Shown here: in pieces, positions 1 through 11,670 of the stretch
Layout of the letters: each line of letters starts with the position of its first letter
Position numbering within the stretch: position 1 is the stretch's first letter
Assembly (NCBI RefSeq): GCF_036321535.1
Contig: NC_087437.1
Location: 71,488,001-71,552,000 of the forward strand
DNA: 64,000 nt
From: Camelus dromedarius
Taxonomy: Eukaryota
Reading direction: 5' to 3'
The notes under the pieces: generated by a model
The model's database searches: none
The model's input: the letters and a program-made list of their open reading frames with translations, nothing else
Told to the model about the DNA's origin: nothing
Position numbers and translations under genes: made by a program

Positions 1-2219
1 AGTTAATTTAACTATAGAGGAGGTGCAGGATACAATGTTTTTCTTCGTTTCCTTGACCAAACTTATGAGCTCATCTAGTTAGTTCATCTTTTAGAAACCA
101 AATTGGCAATATTAAAAGTTCTCTATGAATATTTGAACAATCTTGAATCCTATTCGTCACTAGCAGGCTGTATACTAAAGTAAAATCAAACTGTCTGTAC
201 TAAAATAAGACAGGTAATACAAGCATAGCTGCTTATGCAGGTGAAATTTGAATACACAACTTAAAGTAATTAGTATACAGAACAGTAAAATCTGGTAAGA
301 TGAGGGCTTTATTATAGCACCCTAAAAGCAGTTTCATAACTTTATCCTTACCATCTCCTTTGTGTGAAAGTTATCTGCCTTTCGCTGACGTAAATTGTTT
401 TTGAGTTTATTGAGCACCTGCTATTTTAAGCTCTAGGGATGTGTAAATGAACCAGGCAGATAATCATGGTCTCTTTAAAGGGAAGTAAAATTCTAATTTA
501 TGTAGAATTCATGTCTAAGTAGAGGCCAGCTTTACTAAAATAACAGCCGCGGTCTCCAAGGATCTTGAATTTAACTTCGAAAGAAACTTAGTGGAGAGGA
601 ATATTCTGTACACTGACTTGATTTCTTTTAACATTGGTTTGAGTATAAACAAGCCTAATTCCCATAGAAGAGCTGAGACTAAAAGTATGAAAAGGAGTGC
701 AAAAGGTATACAAATTCAGAATTTATATAACAGAGACCATACAACCTACATTGTGGAGCTGCTGTTTGTCCCCCTGGACTGAGCCTATCCCATTGTAAAC
801 TGCCTTGAGAAAGCTACAATTTAGAAACAGCAGACCAGCTCAACTGCATTTTAGCTGGAGATTATATTATCAGCCAAGTTAGGAAAGATCTTCCACACAA
901 TTTGACCTTTAGCATCAGGATCCAAAGAGTAAATTTCTTCCTCCCTAGGTCTTCATCATTTTGGTTTCTATTCTCTAACACAAACTTCGTCCCCTGATGA
1001 CTGACATTAGGAATGACCACCTATTAGGGACTTGATTCAATTCATTTATTTTACATATAAGCAAGTCTATATGACCTTTGTTTATACTGTGCACATTTCC
1101 TCAGACTTGTGTTATTTAGTTGGTTGTGTTTAGTTTAGTGTAGTTTTAGCAACGAAACTGCCACATACTTGAAAGCTTCCTCTCGCCAAGCCCTCTTTCC
1201 CTATGTAAACTAGTATAATGTCTCTCCTCCAAATCAAAATCCAGCTAATAATATGTAACCTGGGACAAATTTAGAGAATGGTTCCTGGATTACTGCCAGT
1301 CCTTTAAAAAAAAATGTTCCTGTAACTTGTAGAATTCAGTACAGAGATTTGGTCAGGGAGTGTACCCACAAGGGCTCAGGCACTGACAGTACAGCAGTGA
1401 AAGAGAGGGGCATGGCCCTGCCCTGTGATCAGTCAGGTAGGAAACAAACATGACATTGTTTCATTATTCCAGTTGCCATGAGATACTGTGTTGGATTGGG
1501 AGGCGTAATAAACTACGGAATTTTAGAGAAAACATTCAAGTCAATTTTTACTTTGGCTTTCAATACAAAACAAATGTTGGTATTATTCTTTTAATACCTA
1601 AAGGTAGGGGGCAATAGTCACTGTAAAATCTTTAGAACTGAAAAGCCCATGGTATCTCAGCAACATTTCAATACAGAACCAACTAAATTTAATAAAAACT
1701 AGACACAAGTATCAGGAATTCGTAGAAACTATGAGTTTATACAAGACATGAAGTTCCTTTGAAACTTGGTGAATAAACTAATGGAAGAGATAAAGTGATA
1801 TACGACATTCATGAATGTAAATATAAAATGCCTATAAAAATGTCTGCAAAACAGTGAAGTTTTTAAAAATTCTCACAGGCATATCCTTCAGGTAAGTTAT
1901 AAAAATCACAGAGTTTTAAAAATATGGTCAGATTTAACAAAATTACAAATAATGTGTATTTAAAAGGCCTACAAAATGTTGCATTCAAAGTTACTCTGTT
2001 TAAAGAGCTCATATCTAAGAAAGACATTGAAATCTTTTCCTAGTGAAAGGACGTAATTCACAAAGGAAATACAATTAATAATGGAAAAAGGAACTCTAAT
2101 AAGGCAATTCACAAAACTATGGCTTTATTTTTGCCTAAGTGAGGGGAATTTGAAAATATTTGTGTACTGCCAGGCCTAACCCACTGTCTTGCATTGCATT
2201 CACTGGCTACTGTAACATT

Positions 2220-2400
2220 TATTGAAGGGTTACCAAGAATCAGGCACTATGATTGATGCTCTTATATAAGTTATTTAACTCATACAACAATGTTTTTTGG
2301 TAGAAACTTTCATTAGCTCCATTTTACAGGTTCAGAAATGGGCTTAGAGAAGGTAACTTTATCAAGGTCACAGTTAAGAGGCCAAACTGGGGTTAAATGG
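2220..2400 (-). mobile_element. MIR SINE fragment
   Basis: Degenerate MIR core: 'cattagctccattttacaggttcagaaatgggcttagagaaggtaactttatcaaggtcacag'. Confidence 0.6.
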
Positions 2401-3275
2401 AGGGAAGCCACCTGTATGATAATGTTCACAGTAAGTAACTAGAAGCAACCAAAATGCTGACTAATAAGGGAAAAGTTGAAATACCACATTTCCATATTAC
2501 CCAGCTTTTACAAAGAACAATATTAAAGTGGAAGAAGGCAAGGTGTAAAATTGTACAAAACAAAGGAGAGATAGGACAAATAGTAAGATGGAAACTTCAA
2601 ATACAACCCTATTGATCATTATATTGAATGTAAATAGTCTAAACACACCAATTAAAAGGCAGAGATTTTTCATACTGGATTGAAAAAGCCAAAAACATGT
2701 TACCTATAAGAAACCCATGTTAAATATAAGTGAACCCGTAAGTTAGAAGAAAAAGGATGGAAAAGATATACCATGCACACTAATCAAAGGAAAGCTGGAG
2801 TGACTAAATTACACCAAAGTAAATTTTGGAACAAAATGTATTTCCAGGAAATAAAGAGGGATGTTTATGGTAAAGGATAATTTACCAAGAGACTATAATC
2901 TTAAATGAGTATGACCATAACAACATAGCTTCAAAATATATGATGAAAAAACTGACGAGAAATAGGCAAATCCACAATTACAACTGGAGATTTCAAACTC
3001 TTGGTAAACAGTAAGTCACAATATAATAAAAGAGGATTGATACATGCAAATGATGTCCTTTAACCACACCAGAATTAAATAAGAAAATAATAAATCTGGA
3101 AAAAATCTCCCAAATATTTGGAAATTAAACAACACACTTCAAAATAACTTAGGTGTCTTAAGAAGGTATTGCAGTAGAAATTAGAAAAAATTTGAAGAGA
3201 AGGAAAATGAAAATATATCAAAGCTCTTGGATAAAACTAAAAGATAATATATAGCATTAAATGTGTATATGAGAT

Positions 3276-3408
3276 TTTTTTTTTGAAGTATAGTTGATTT
3301 ACAGTATTGTTTCAGGTGCACAGCAAAGTGATTCAGATTGTTTTCCATGATAGTTGTTATAAGATACTGAATATAGTTCCCTGTGCTACACAGTAGATCC
3401 TTGTTGCT
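3276..3408 (-). mobile_element. Short L1 3'-end insertion nested in the older L1
   Basis: Poly-T head then 'gaagtatagttgatttacagtattgtttcaggtgcacagcaaagtgattcag'; TSD tgtatatgagat (3264-3275) / tgtatatgggat (3409-3420). Confidence 0.8.
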
Positions 3409-5186
3409 TGTATATGGGATCTTGAATCAAAGACCTAAGCTTTCACCTTAAGAAACCAAAAAAGAAGAGCCAGTTCAGAGCCAGTTCAGTAAAGTAAGCT
3501 GAAAGAAGGAAATAAAGAGCAGAAAGTCATAAAATTGAAAATAATAAAGAGTAGAAAAACTATATGAAACCAAAAGCTACTTCTTTGAAAAAATAAAATC
3601 GATAAACTTACCCTCTAACCAGACTGACCAATCCCCACCCCAACCCCTTACAGAGAAGACACAAATTACCAACATCAGTAATGAAAGAGAGGACGTCACT
3701 TCAGAACTTACTGTCAATAAAAAGATAATAGGAATATTGCAAGCAATTTTATTCAATAAATTCAACAACTTAAATGACATGGACAAATTTTTTGAACGAT
3801 GCCAATCATTCAGGTTACCCAAAAAGAGTCTAGAAGTTCTTTCAAAAGGTTAAACATAGAGTCACCATATGACTCCACAATTCCACTCCTAGGTATATAG
3901 GTATATAATTTCAAGAGAAAACATACATTCACACAAAAACTCATACATGACTGTTCATAGCAGTGTTACTCATAGTAGCCAAAGAGTAGATGCAACCCAA
4001 TGTTCATTACCTGAATGATTATCAAAGTATTTCCTATCGATAAAATGGTATATTATTCAGCCATGGTGGGTGAATTGTATGGTATGTGAATTATATCTCA
4101 AGCTGCTACCAAAAAAAAGTCAAATATATTTTTAAAAAGGTAATTTGAATAGCTTTAACTGTATGAAAGAAATTGAATTTGTAGTCCCACAAAAAAAAAA
4201 TTTCAGGTCCAAGTGGCTTTTCTTGTGAATTCTATTAAGCATTTAAGGAAGAAATAATACCAATTCTACACTCTTCAAGAAAATAGTAGAGAAATGAATA
4301 TTGATTGCCTAATTCATATTATGAGAACAGCATTATACTGGTACCAAAACCAGGCAAAGACATTACAAGAAAACAGTAAACAATATCAGTCATGATTATC
4401 TCAATAGATGCAGAAAAAAATTCAACATGCATTCATGGCAAAAACTTTCAGTGACAAAAGAATAAAAAGGAATTTAATTTGGAAAGGTCATCTATAAAAA
4501 GCCTACAGCTGCCATCATACTTAATAGTGAAAAACTTCATGCTTTATATGTGAGATTGGGAAGAAGACAAGGATAACTCCTTTCACCTCTTCTATATAAT
4601 GTTGCACTGGAAGCCCTAGCCAGTACAGTAAGACAAGAAAAAGAAATAATAAGCATGCAGATTGCATAGAAAGAAAGAAAATGGTCTTCATTTGCAGATA
4701 ACATGATGAAGTAAAAAATACTATGACAAAAAAAACTGCTAGGACTAGTAAGTTAGTACAACAAGGCCATAGTATACAAATATCAATTGTTTTTCCAGCT
4801 ATAAAAACTAGAAATTTAAACTAAAAAAATTTACAATAGCATAAACATATGAGATATTTATGGATAAATTTAGCAAATATATGTAAGACCTGTATACAGA
4901 AAGCTATAAAGCAATCCTAGGAGAAACATTAAAAGACACAAATGAATGGAGAGAACACATTCATGAATCAAAAGACAATACTAAGTTATAATTTCTCCCC
5001 ACATTGAATTGTAAATTCCAGTTAAGATTCTAGCAGGCTTTTTTTTTTTTAACTTGACAAGCTTAAATGGAAATGCAAAGGACCTAGAATAGTGAAAACA
5101 AATTTTTAAAGAACAAGAAAATTGGAGGAGTTACACTACCTGACTTCAAGGCTTATAAAGCTGCACCAATTAAAACAGTGTGGTAT

Positions 5187-5390
5187 GATATATATAATAC
5201 ATAAACAACAAGGACCTACTGTTTAGCAGTGGGAACTATATTCAATATCTTGTAATAACCTATAGTGGAAAAGAATCTCAAAAAGAACATACATGTATAT
5301 GTATAACAGTCATTTTGCTGTACATGTGAACTAACACATTGTAAATCAAGTATACCTCAATTAAAAAATAAATTTTAAAAGACAAAACAA
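5187..5390 (+). mobile_element. Short L1 3'-end insertion nested in the older L1
   Basis: 'aaacaacaaggacctactgtttagcagtgggaactatattcaatatcttgtaataacc' plus A-rich tail; TSD aaaacagtgtggtat (5172-5186) / aaaacagtgcagtat (5391-5405). Confidence 0.8.
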
Positions 5391-8300
5391 AAAACAGTGC
5401 AGTATTGGTGTCAAGATTGACAAATAGATCAATGGAACAGAATAGAGTCTAGAAATATGGGCTGCACATATATGGTCAATTAATTTTTGCCCAAAGACAA
5501 CTCAGAGGAGGAAGGACAATCTTTACAACTGGTACTTGAAAAGCTGGATTTCCCAATACAAAAATATAATCCATATTACCAATACAAAACAAGTTTTGAT
5601 CCATACTCCCACAATATGTAATAATTTAAAATGCACCATGGATCTAAATATAAAACAAAACTATAAAACTTCTTGAACAGAAGAAAAATCTGTGTGACCT
5701 TATGTTAGTCAAAGATTTCTTAGGTATGATCCCATAAGCACAATTAATAAAAGAAATACTTGATAAATTGGACTTAAAATTAAGAACTACTATTTGAAAA
5801 ACAATATTAAGAGAATAAAATGACAACCCAGAACTGGGAGAATATATTGCATATCACATATCTGATAAAGGATATGTATCCAGAATTCATTAAAAAAAAA
5901 AAACTCTTAAAACTCAATATATAATGAACAACCCAATTAACATGGGCAAAAAATTTAAACATAACTTCACAAAAGATATACAAATAGTTGATAAGTACAT
6001 GAAAAGATGCTCAGTATCATCAGCCATTAGGGAAATACTAATTAAAGTCACAATGAAATACCACTATACACCTATTAGAATGACTAAAATTTTAAAAGAC
6101 TTACCATATTAAGTGTTGACAAGGAGATGGTACAATTCAGAAATCTCATACTCTACTAGTGGGAATATTAAATGTTTGGAAAATAGTTTGGCAATTTTTT
6201 TAAAAAGGTACATTTAGATTCTGACTCAGCCATTCCACTGGATATTTACCCAAGTATTACCCAAGGAAAATGAAAGTAGATATCCTACAAAGATTTGTAC
6301 ACAAATGTTCTAGCATCTTTATTTGTAATAGTCAAAACCCAAAAACAATACAACTGTCCACCAATGTGAATATATACAATATATCCAAACAATGGAATAC
6401 TACCTAGCAACAAAAGCTAATGAATTACTGATACACACAACAGAGGGGATGAATATCAAAAAAAAAAAAAAGTATGCTGATTGAAAGTAAACAGAAGTGA
6501 GTATAAATGGGAAAAATCCATTTATATAAAATTCTAGAAAGTGAAACGAATGTATAGTGACAAAACAGGTTAGTGGTTGCCTGGAGAACAGGATGAGGGC
6601 AAGAGGAAGGAGTGAAAGAAGGAAAACTGAGAGCAGGATGGATATGTCCATTTTTGATTGTGGAGATGGTTCACAGATGTTTACAAACGTCAAAACTTGC
6701 CACGCTGTACAATATGTTCAGTTTATTGTAGATCAATCATACCTCAAAAAAGCAATTTTGTTTTTCAAGATACAGACTAGGTGAAAATATCTACACAACG
6801 TACATCTGAGAAAGAACTTTTATCCATAATATATAGAGCATTTACAATTCAATAATAAGGCAGGCATCATGATTTTTAAATGGGCTAAAGATTTGAACAC
6901 TTTACCAAAGAAGATATGTAACTGTCCAATAAATACATGAACATATGCACAACACACTAGTACTTAGAGAAGTGCAAATTAAAATACAAGAGACCACTTC
7001 AACACCTACTATAAGGGCTAGAATTAAAAAGACTGACAATATCAAGGATTGGTGATGATGTGGAGTACCTGGAATCTGCATACATTGCTGTTGAAAATGC
7101 AGAATATTACAGCCACTTTGCAAAACAGTTGACCGCTGCCATTCATTTCTGAAAATGTCTAAAAACAAGATGCAAGCAAGGAGCCTATCTAACCCCATGC
7201 ACAGAGTGAGCCCCTGTCCTCCACGGGCCTGGCACCTGGGGGCAAGGACGAGAAGAAGAGGGGTGCGTGCACTCTTACGGTCACGCCCAAACAGGGTCTG
7301 CACACAGAGGTCCTCCGGAAGGAGGCACACTGCTCAGCCCTCCCTGGCCTCTGGAAACAGGGAATAGGTGGGTAGAACAGGGCTCAGAGCTGTCCCCGCA
7401 GCCTGGCCCTGGCCCAGCTGTCAGCGGGCCCCCTCCACTAGTCATTAATCCCCAGGAGTAGGAAAAAAAAGAGATACCACGAAATGAAACTGGAGATAAA
7501 AGCAAGAGGCTTTTAAGTCATGCAAAGAGTATTAGAGCCACTGAAAGGTCTTAACTATGTGGGTGAAAATCAGATTCACTCGAGCCCTGTGAAAATGGAC
7601 TTGGCCTGGAGGCAGAGACCAGTTTCATTTGGCCACCATAGTTTATATGTGTAGGCACTATAAGCATGTCAGTCAGCCTGAAAACTGGTGGATTATTCGA
7701 TATTATCCTCTCATATCTTGAGCAGTACACCAATGTTGAATAAGCAAAGTCAATGAAAAGATCCATGATTTGGGCTTCATTTTTTAAATGAAAAAGCTAA
7801 CATTCAGACCTTTTATTAAATATAAATTTCTCTTAACACACCTAAATTGTGCCTGAAAGGTATTAATGTATGTTTTTAACGGTAGTCTAAAGAATCTCTT
7901 AATGTCTGTTTTCTGAACCATCAAAAAACTATTTATTTTACTTTAAACTCGATGCATCATAGTTGCTTAGAAAATCATACACACCCTAGGTATGGTATGT
8001 ATTAACCAGAATAGTTTTTAAATCAGAATACCTTATATTCTGATCACAATGTAAATTTCCAACAGCTAGACATGCTAACTAATACAAATTCATGGAGGTC
8101 CTATTAGCATTACTATTAGGCTCTGAATCCTAGGGTCCTTCTCATCTGCAGCTTTGATTTGAGTGTGCTAAATCCACTCAGAGACTAATTAGAACTTCGT
8201 ATGCCAAGATGCAGGAGTTAAAGAAAATTTCTAGACTGTTTATAGTGCAGTAGTTTGTAAGTAACACTGAGACCTTCTGTTTCATCATAGCTTTTAAACT

Positions 8301-9199
8301 GCTGTACAAACATAAGGTGTGGTTACTGTTTAACTTTACCCTTTATCCCATACAAGGTCAGCTTCCTCTGCAGAAAGGCTCAAGTAATTCCCACTATGCC
8401 ATGCTCTGCGTGCACCTTCTGGAAGTTATCTGGTCTAGCCCTTGGACATGTAGCATCTGGGACATTTATAACCGGGTTGTGGAAGCGCTAGGAAATCTTC
8501 AACCACCGCTAGGTGGAGGACACCTGTTTCAGGAGGGGAGGAATTATGAAATATGAAGTGAAACCAGGGAAAAAGGAGTTGTAACCACAGCTCCAGGGCC
8601 CCAAACCCATCTTGGAGTTAGAGACCCTTGGGTTTCCATTCTGTCACGGCGGCGCTTTATCTCCCAGATCTAGGTTTCTAGAATCCCAAGCTTGAAGTTT
8701 CAAACCCCATCCCCCAATGCCACATACTCTCTTCCCCCAGCTAGAAGGCCACCAAGACATTTCTGAACACGGTCATCTCCAATTCGCAGGAATCCGTCTT
8801 TGCGGCAAATGAAAAACGACAGATGACCACAGCCTACAAGTTCCAGCAGCTTCAGGTCGGCAACGATCTTTCAGTGAAGGGGCAGCGGGAGGCGTCCTCA
8901 ATCTCTTCTCTTCCCCACCTCCTGTTTCAGAGGTATCATGCCGCCTTCCTGCCCTCTAGGCTAAGAGGAGCTCTCTAATCGTTCTTGAAAGTTTTCTGTG
9001 CCCTCTTCCTTTTCAGTTGTTCCAGTCCCAAACTCCTATCGAAGACGTAGAAAACAGAACAGAAAACAGGATACAAAGAAGTTTCTTAAAACACCTCTTT
9101 TGCTAGATTCTCAAGGCGTCCCCTTTAAGGAACCAGGCCCACCTCTTTCCCATTCACGTACTGGCTTTCCGTCCTGCCCATCATTCTACCTTTAAGAAT

Positions 9200-10140
9200 A
9201 TTTCCTGTTCCTTCAACCCAACTTGCACACCTCCGCCCCCCGGCCCTCCTCATTGGGCCGCCCGAGGCCCGTTCGCTCTTCGGTTTTCCCTCCACCTCCT
9301 CCCGCCCTCTAGCCTAGCGCAACAGCGTCTCGGGTCCTGATTGGCTATCATGGCAGCCTCCCCGGGTCCGGGTTGGTGGGCTGAATGGCAGGGGCGGGAC
9401 CGCAGCGCACCCAGGGTAGGCTGTTCGCTTGCCCAGCGGCGGCCGCGGGAGGGGTGGTGAGGGACGGGGAGGGGCGGGGGGGAGGGGGGCTGGGAAAGTT
9501 GAGGCCGCGCTGCTGCCGGGTCTCCGGCCTTGAGGGCTAGAGCTCGCAGCGGCGGCGGTGGCCGCAAGAAGAGGCGGCGGGGGCGGGGGGAGAGGAGGGC
9601 TTGGGCCCGCGCTCCCCCAGCCCCAGAGGAGCAGGCGGCGGCCGCGGACGGAGAGATTCGCCCGGGTGGTCGGACACCCCTGCCGTACCCGCCTGAGATC
9701 ATGACCCAGGCGGGGGTCGCCGCCGCCACCGCCGCCGCCGCCGCGGCCAAGACCACGCAGCCCGCGGGTGAGTGACTGCGGGAGGGGGCCGCTGACAGCC
9801 AGGGCCGGGGGCCGGGGCCGGGGCTGCGGGGGCGGCTCCGGGGGGCGGCCCCGGGCTCTGCTCCACCCACCCCCTCCCTGCACCCGGAGGCAAGGGCTGC
9901 GCAAAGTGTGCCTTCTTCCTGGGGACCCCTGCGCACGGAGCCCGGTGGGGCGCGAGCGCGGAAGGTGCGCGCACCCCTCTTCTCCCCGACCTCCAGACGC
10001 CCCGCGCCCCCTGGTGCCAGGCCTGTGGGGGGCTCGCGTTGCGTCCCGACCCCCCGATGCCCGCGGGGCGAGAGAGCCTCCACGCTGCCCGGGGCATAAA
10101 GAGCTGGGCATCCAGGTTCACACCGGATGGCCTTTGCCCG
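9200..10140. promoter_or_regulatory. USF3: CpG island / TATA-less promoter of USF3
   Basis: Very GC- and CpG-rich block in otherwise CpG-depleted DNA; reverse CCAAT boxes (ATTGG 9252-9256, 9340-9344) and GC boxes (9231-9240, 9301-9307, 9391-9398, 9471-9480). Confidence 0.92.
9500..9767 (+). other. USF3: Putative non-coding first exon (5' UTR) of USF3; start position approximate
   Basis: Strong donor CGG|GTGAGT at 9767/9768 inside the CpG island, downstream of the CCAAT and GC boxes. Confidence 0.7.
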
Positions 10141-11499
10141 CCACCTTCACCTTTTCCTGTCTCCTTCATCTGCTCTTCTTTCCTTGCCCTCCGAATTTCC
10201 TTCGGACCCACTGGTCAGACTCCAGTGACTTGCTTTTTAACTCTAACACCTATGTCGGAGAGTTAGGCTTTCGTCTTCTTTTTAGAAGCCTTTCTTTTCC
10301 TTACTGAATAGGAGCGGTACAAGCGAATGGCCAACTCTTGAAATCTAGTTCCATGTTTATGAGGAAATATTTTTGGACTCCTGTTTAACACTGTGATTGT
10401 TGAGTTCTCCTATACTCATTGCCCCCTTTTCCTCTTCCCCACTCCCCCTCACTATGGTTACACACTGAGATACGGTCCTTCGAATTTATTAACTTTATCT
10501 GGGAATAAACCTACACGTGGGATCCCAGCTATAGACTTCCAACTTATGTTCTCCTGCCATTTTTACTATTAAGTAGATATGTTGACTTAACGCCACACAA
10601 AACAAGACAGTTGTGGCTAACTGAAGTTTGCATAACAAAGACAGTTGCTTACTTATAAACAAAATGCATATTTCTTGAATAAACCCTTCCGTGAGTAACA
10701 TGGATTCTGAAGCATATTTTGTACCTTGCTTTTTCGTAAAAAACAAAACAAAACAAAAAAAACAAGCAGACAAGCAAACCTGCTTTTAGAAGGATCAACA
10801 GGCTGTCAAACTTTATAATCACCTTGATGACTTTTTCCTCCTACACAGGACACTTTGATGTAGTACAGAGTTACTGTATGGGATACATTTGTTGTTTCCC
10901 TTTATTTGTGAAGTACTGCAAAAGTATTTGATAATTTGTTACAAAATAAGCAAAATACTTTGTAATCATCTGAAACTAGGAACAGAATCCTATCGCAGGA
11001 AGAGTGTAAAGAATGACTACTTAATCTTACATTTTGCTCTAGTACAAGCAATTTTATACACATAGGTATTAATGCTCTCTTATTTAAAAGAGAAGTTTTA
11101 TAAAATCCAAACGTGAATGCAGCCTAGAACATTCCTTACTATAAAAGCACCTCATTGCAGAGATATAAGGGCAGCATAGGATTGAAATAATTGCTTTTTA
11201 TGTTAGTTGTTTGTGGGACATCATGGAATAAAATTCTGAAGTTGTGAGCTGTATGGTGAAACAGTCACACAAGAGAAATTAATGGGCTGTTTTCCTATTT
11301 TCAGAGTTTGGCATTGTCAACAAAGGAAAAGAAACACTAAGAAAACAGAATGTTTAACTCAGGTTAGAAGATAAGCTTCAATAGGCAGTCAGCTCAAAAC
11401 TGTTGCTTATAAACAGGGTTTATCAAGTTTTAGTCTTAACGATATCTGCCATGCCTTCCCTTTCTGTCTTCTTAACCCCGTGAGTCTCCATCCCGACTG

Positions 11500-11670
11500 T
11501 TCACTGTTCAGCTGTTCGGTAGAATCATCTTAGTGCTTTTACATGTTAATGCCCAGGCTGCTCCCCCCAGAGATTCTCTTACTTTTGATATGGGGTGACC
11601 TCAGCCATAGGTGTACTTTTTAAAGCTCCCTAGGTGTTTTTACTCAGCAGTCAGTGTTGAGAACTACTTG
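11500..11670. mobile_element. MER5-type hAT-Charlie DNA transposon fragment
   Basis: 'agaatcatcttagtgctttt...ccccagagattct...aagctccctaggtgtttttact...gttgagaactact'. Confidence 0.55.

Larger units (their letters stand above)
2540..7140 (+). mobile_element. Old, fragmented LINE-1 (ORF2 endonuclease to 3' UTR) with nested insertions
   Basis: A-rich strand bias and L1 ORF2 remnants such as 'aatgtaaatagtctaaacacaccaattaaaaggcagaga', 'ctcaatagatgcagaaaaa' and 'atgaaaagatgctcagtatcatcagccattagggaaat'; many stops and frameshifts. Confidence 0.9.

Noticed and set aside
1..2200. Possible tail of a neighbouring gene (human synteny would place NAA50 upstream)
   Set aside because: No exon, ORF or clear 3' end can be supported from the sequence.
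3465..3490. Short tandem duplications (agagccagttc x2 here; similar at ~37728, ~39676, ~63737)
   Set aside because: Ordinary slippage duplications with two units each; not an array.
7551..7766. 71-aa minus-strand ORF considered as a retrocopy
   Set aside because: No protein family recognised, and no poly-A or TSD evident.
9350..9460. ATG in strong context (atcATGg) opening a short ORF
   Set aside because: Lies among the CCAAT and GC boxes, probably upstream of the TSS.
9250..10307. Several long ORFs (170-277 aa) on both strands
   Set aside because: Stop-codon scarcity in a GC-rich CpG island; low-complexity Arg/Gly/Pro/Ala products.
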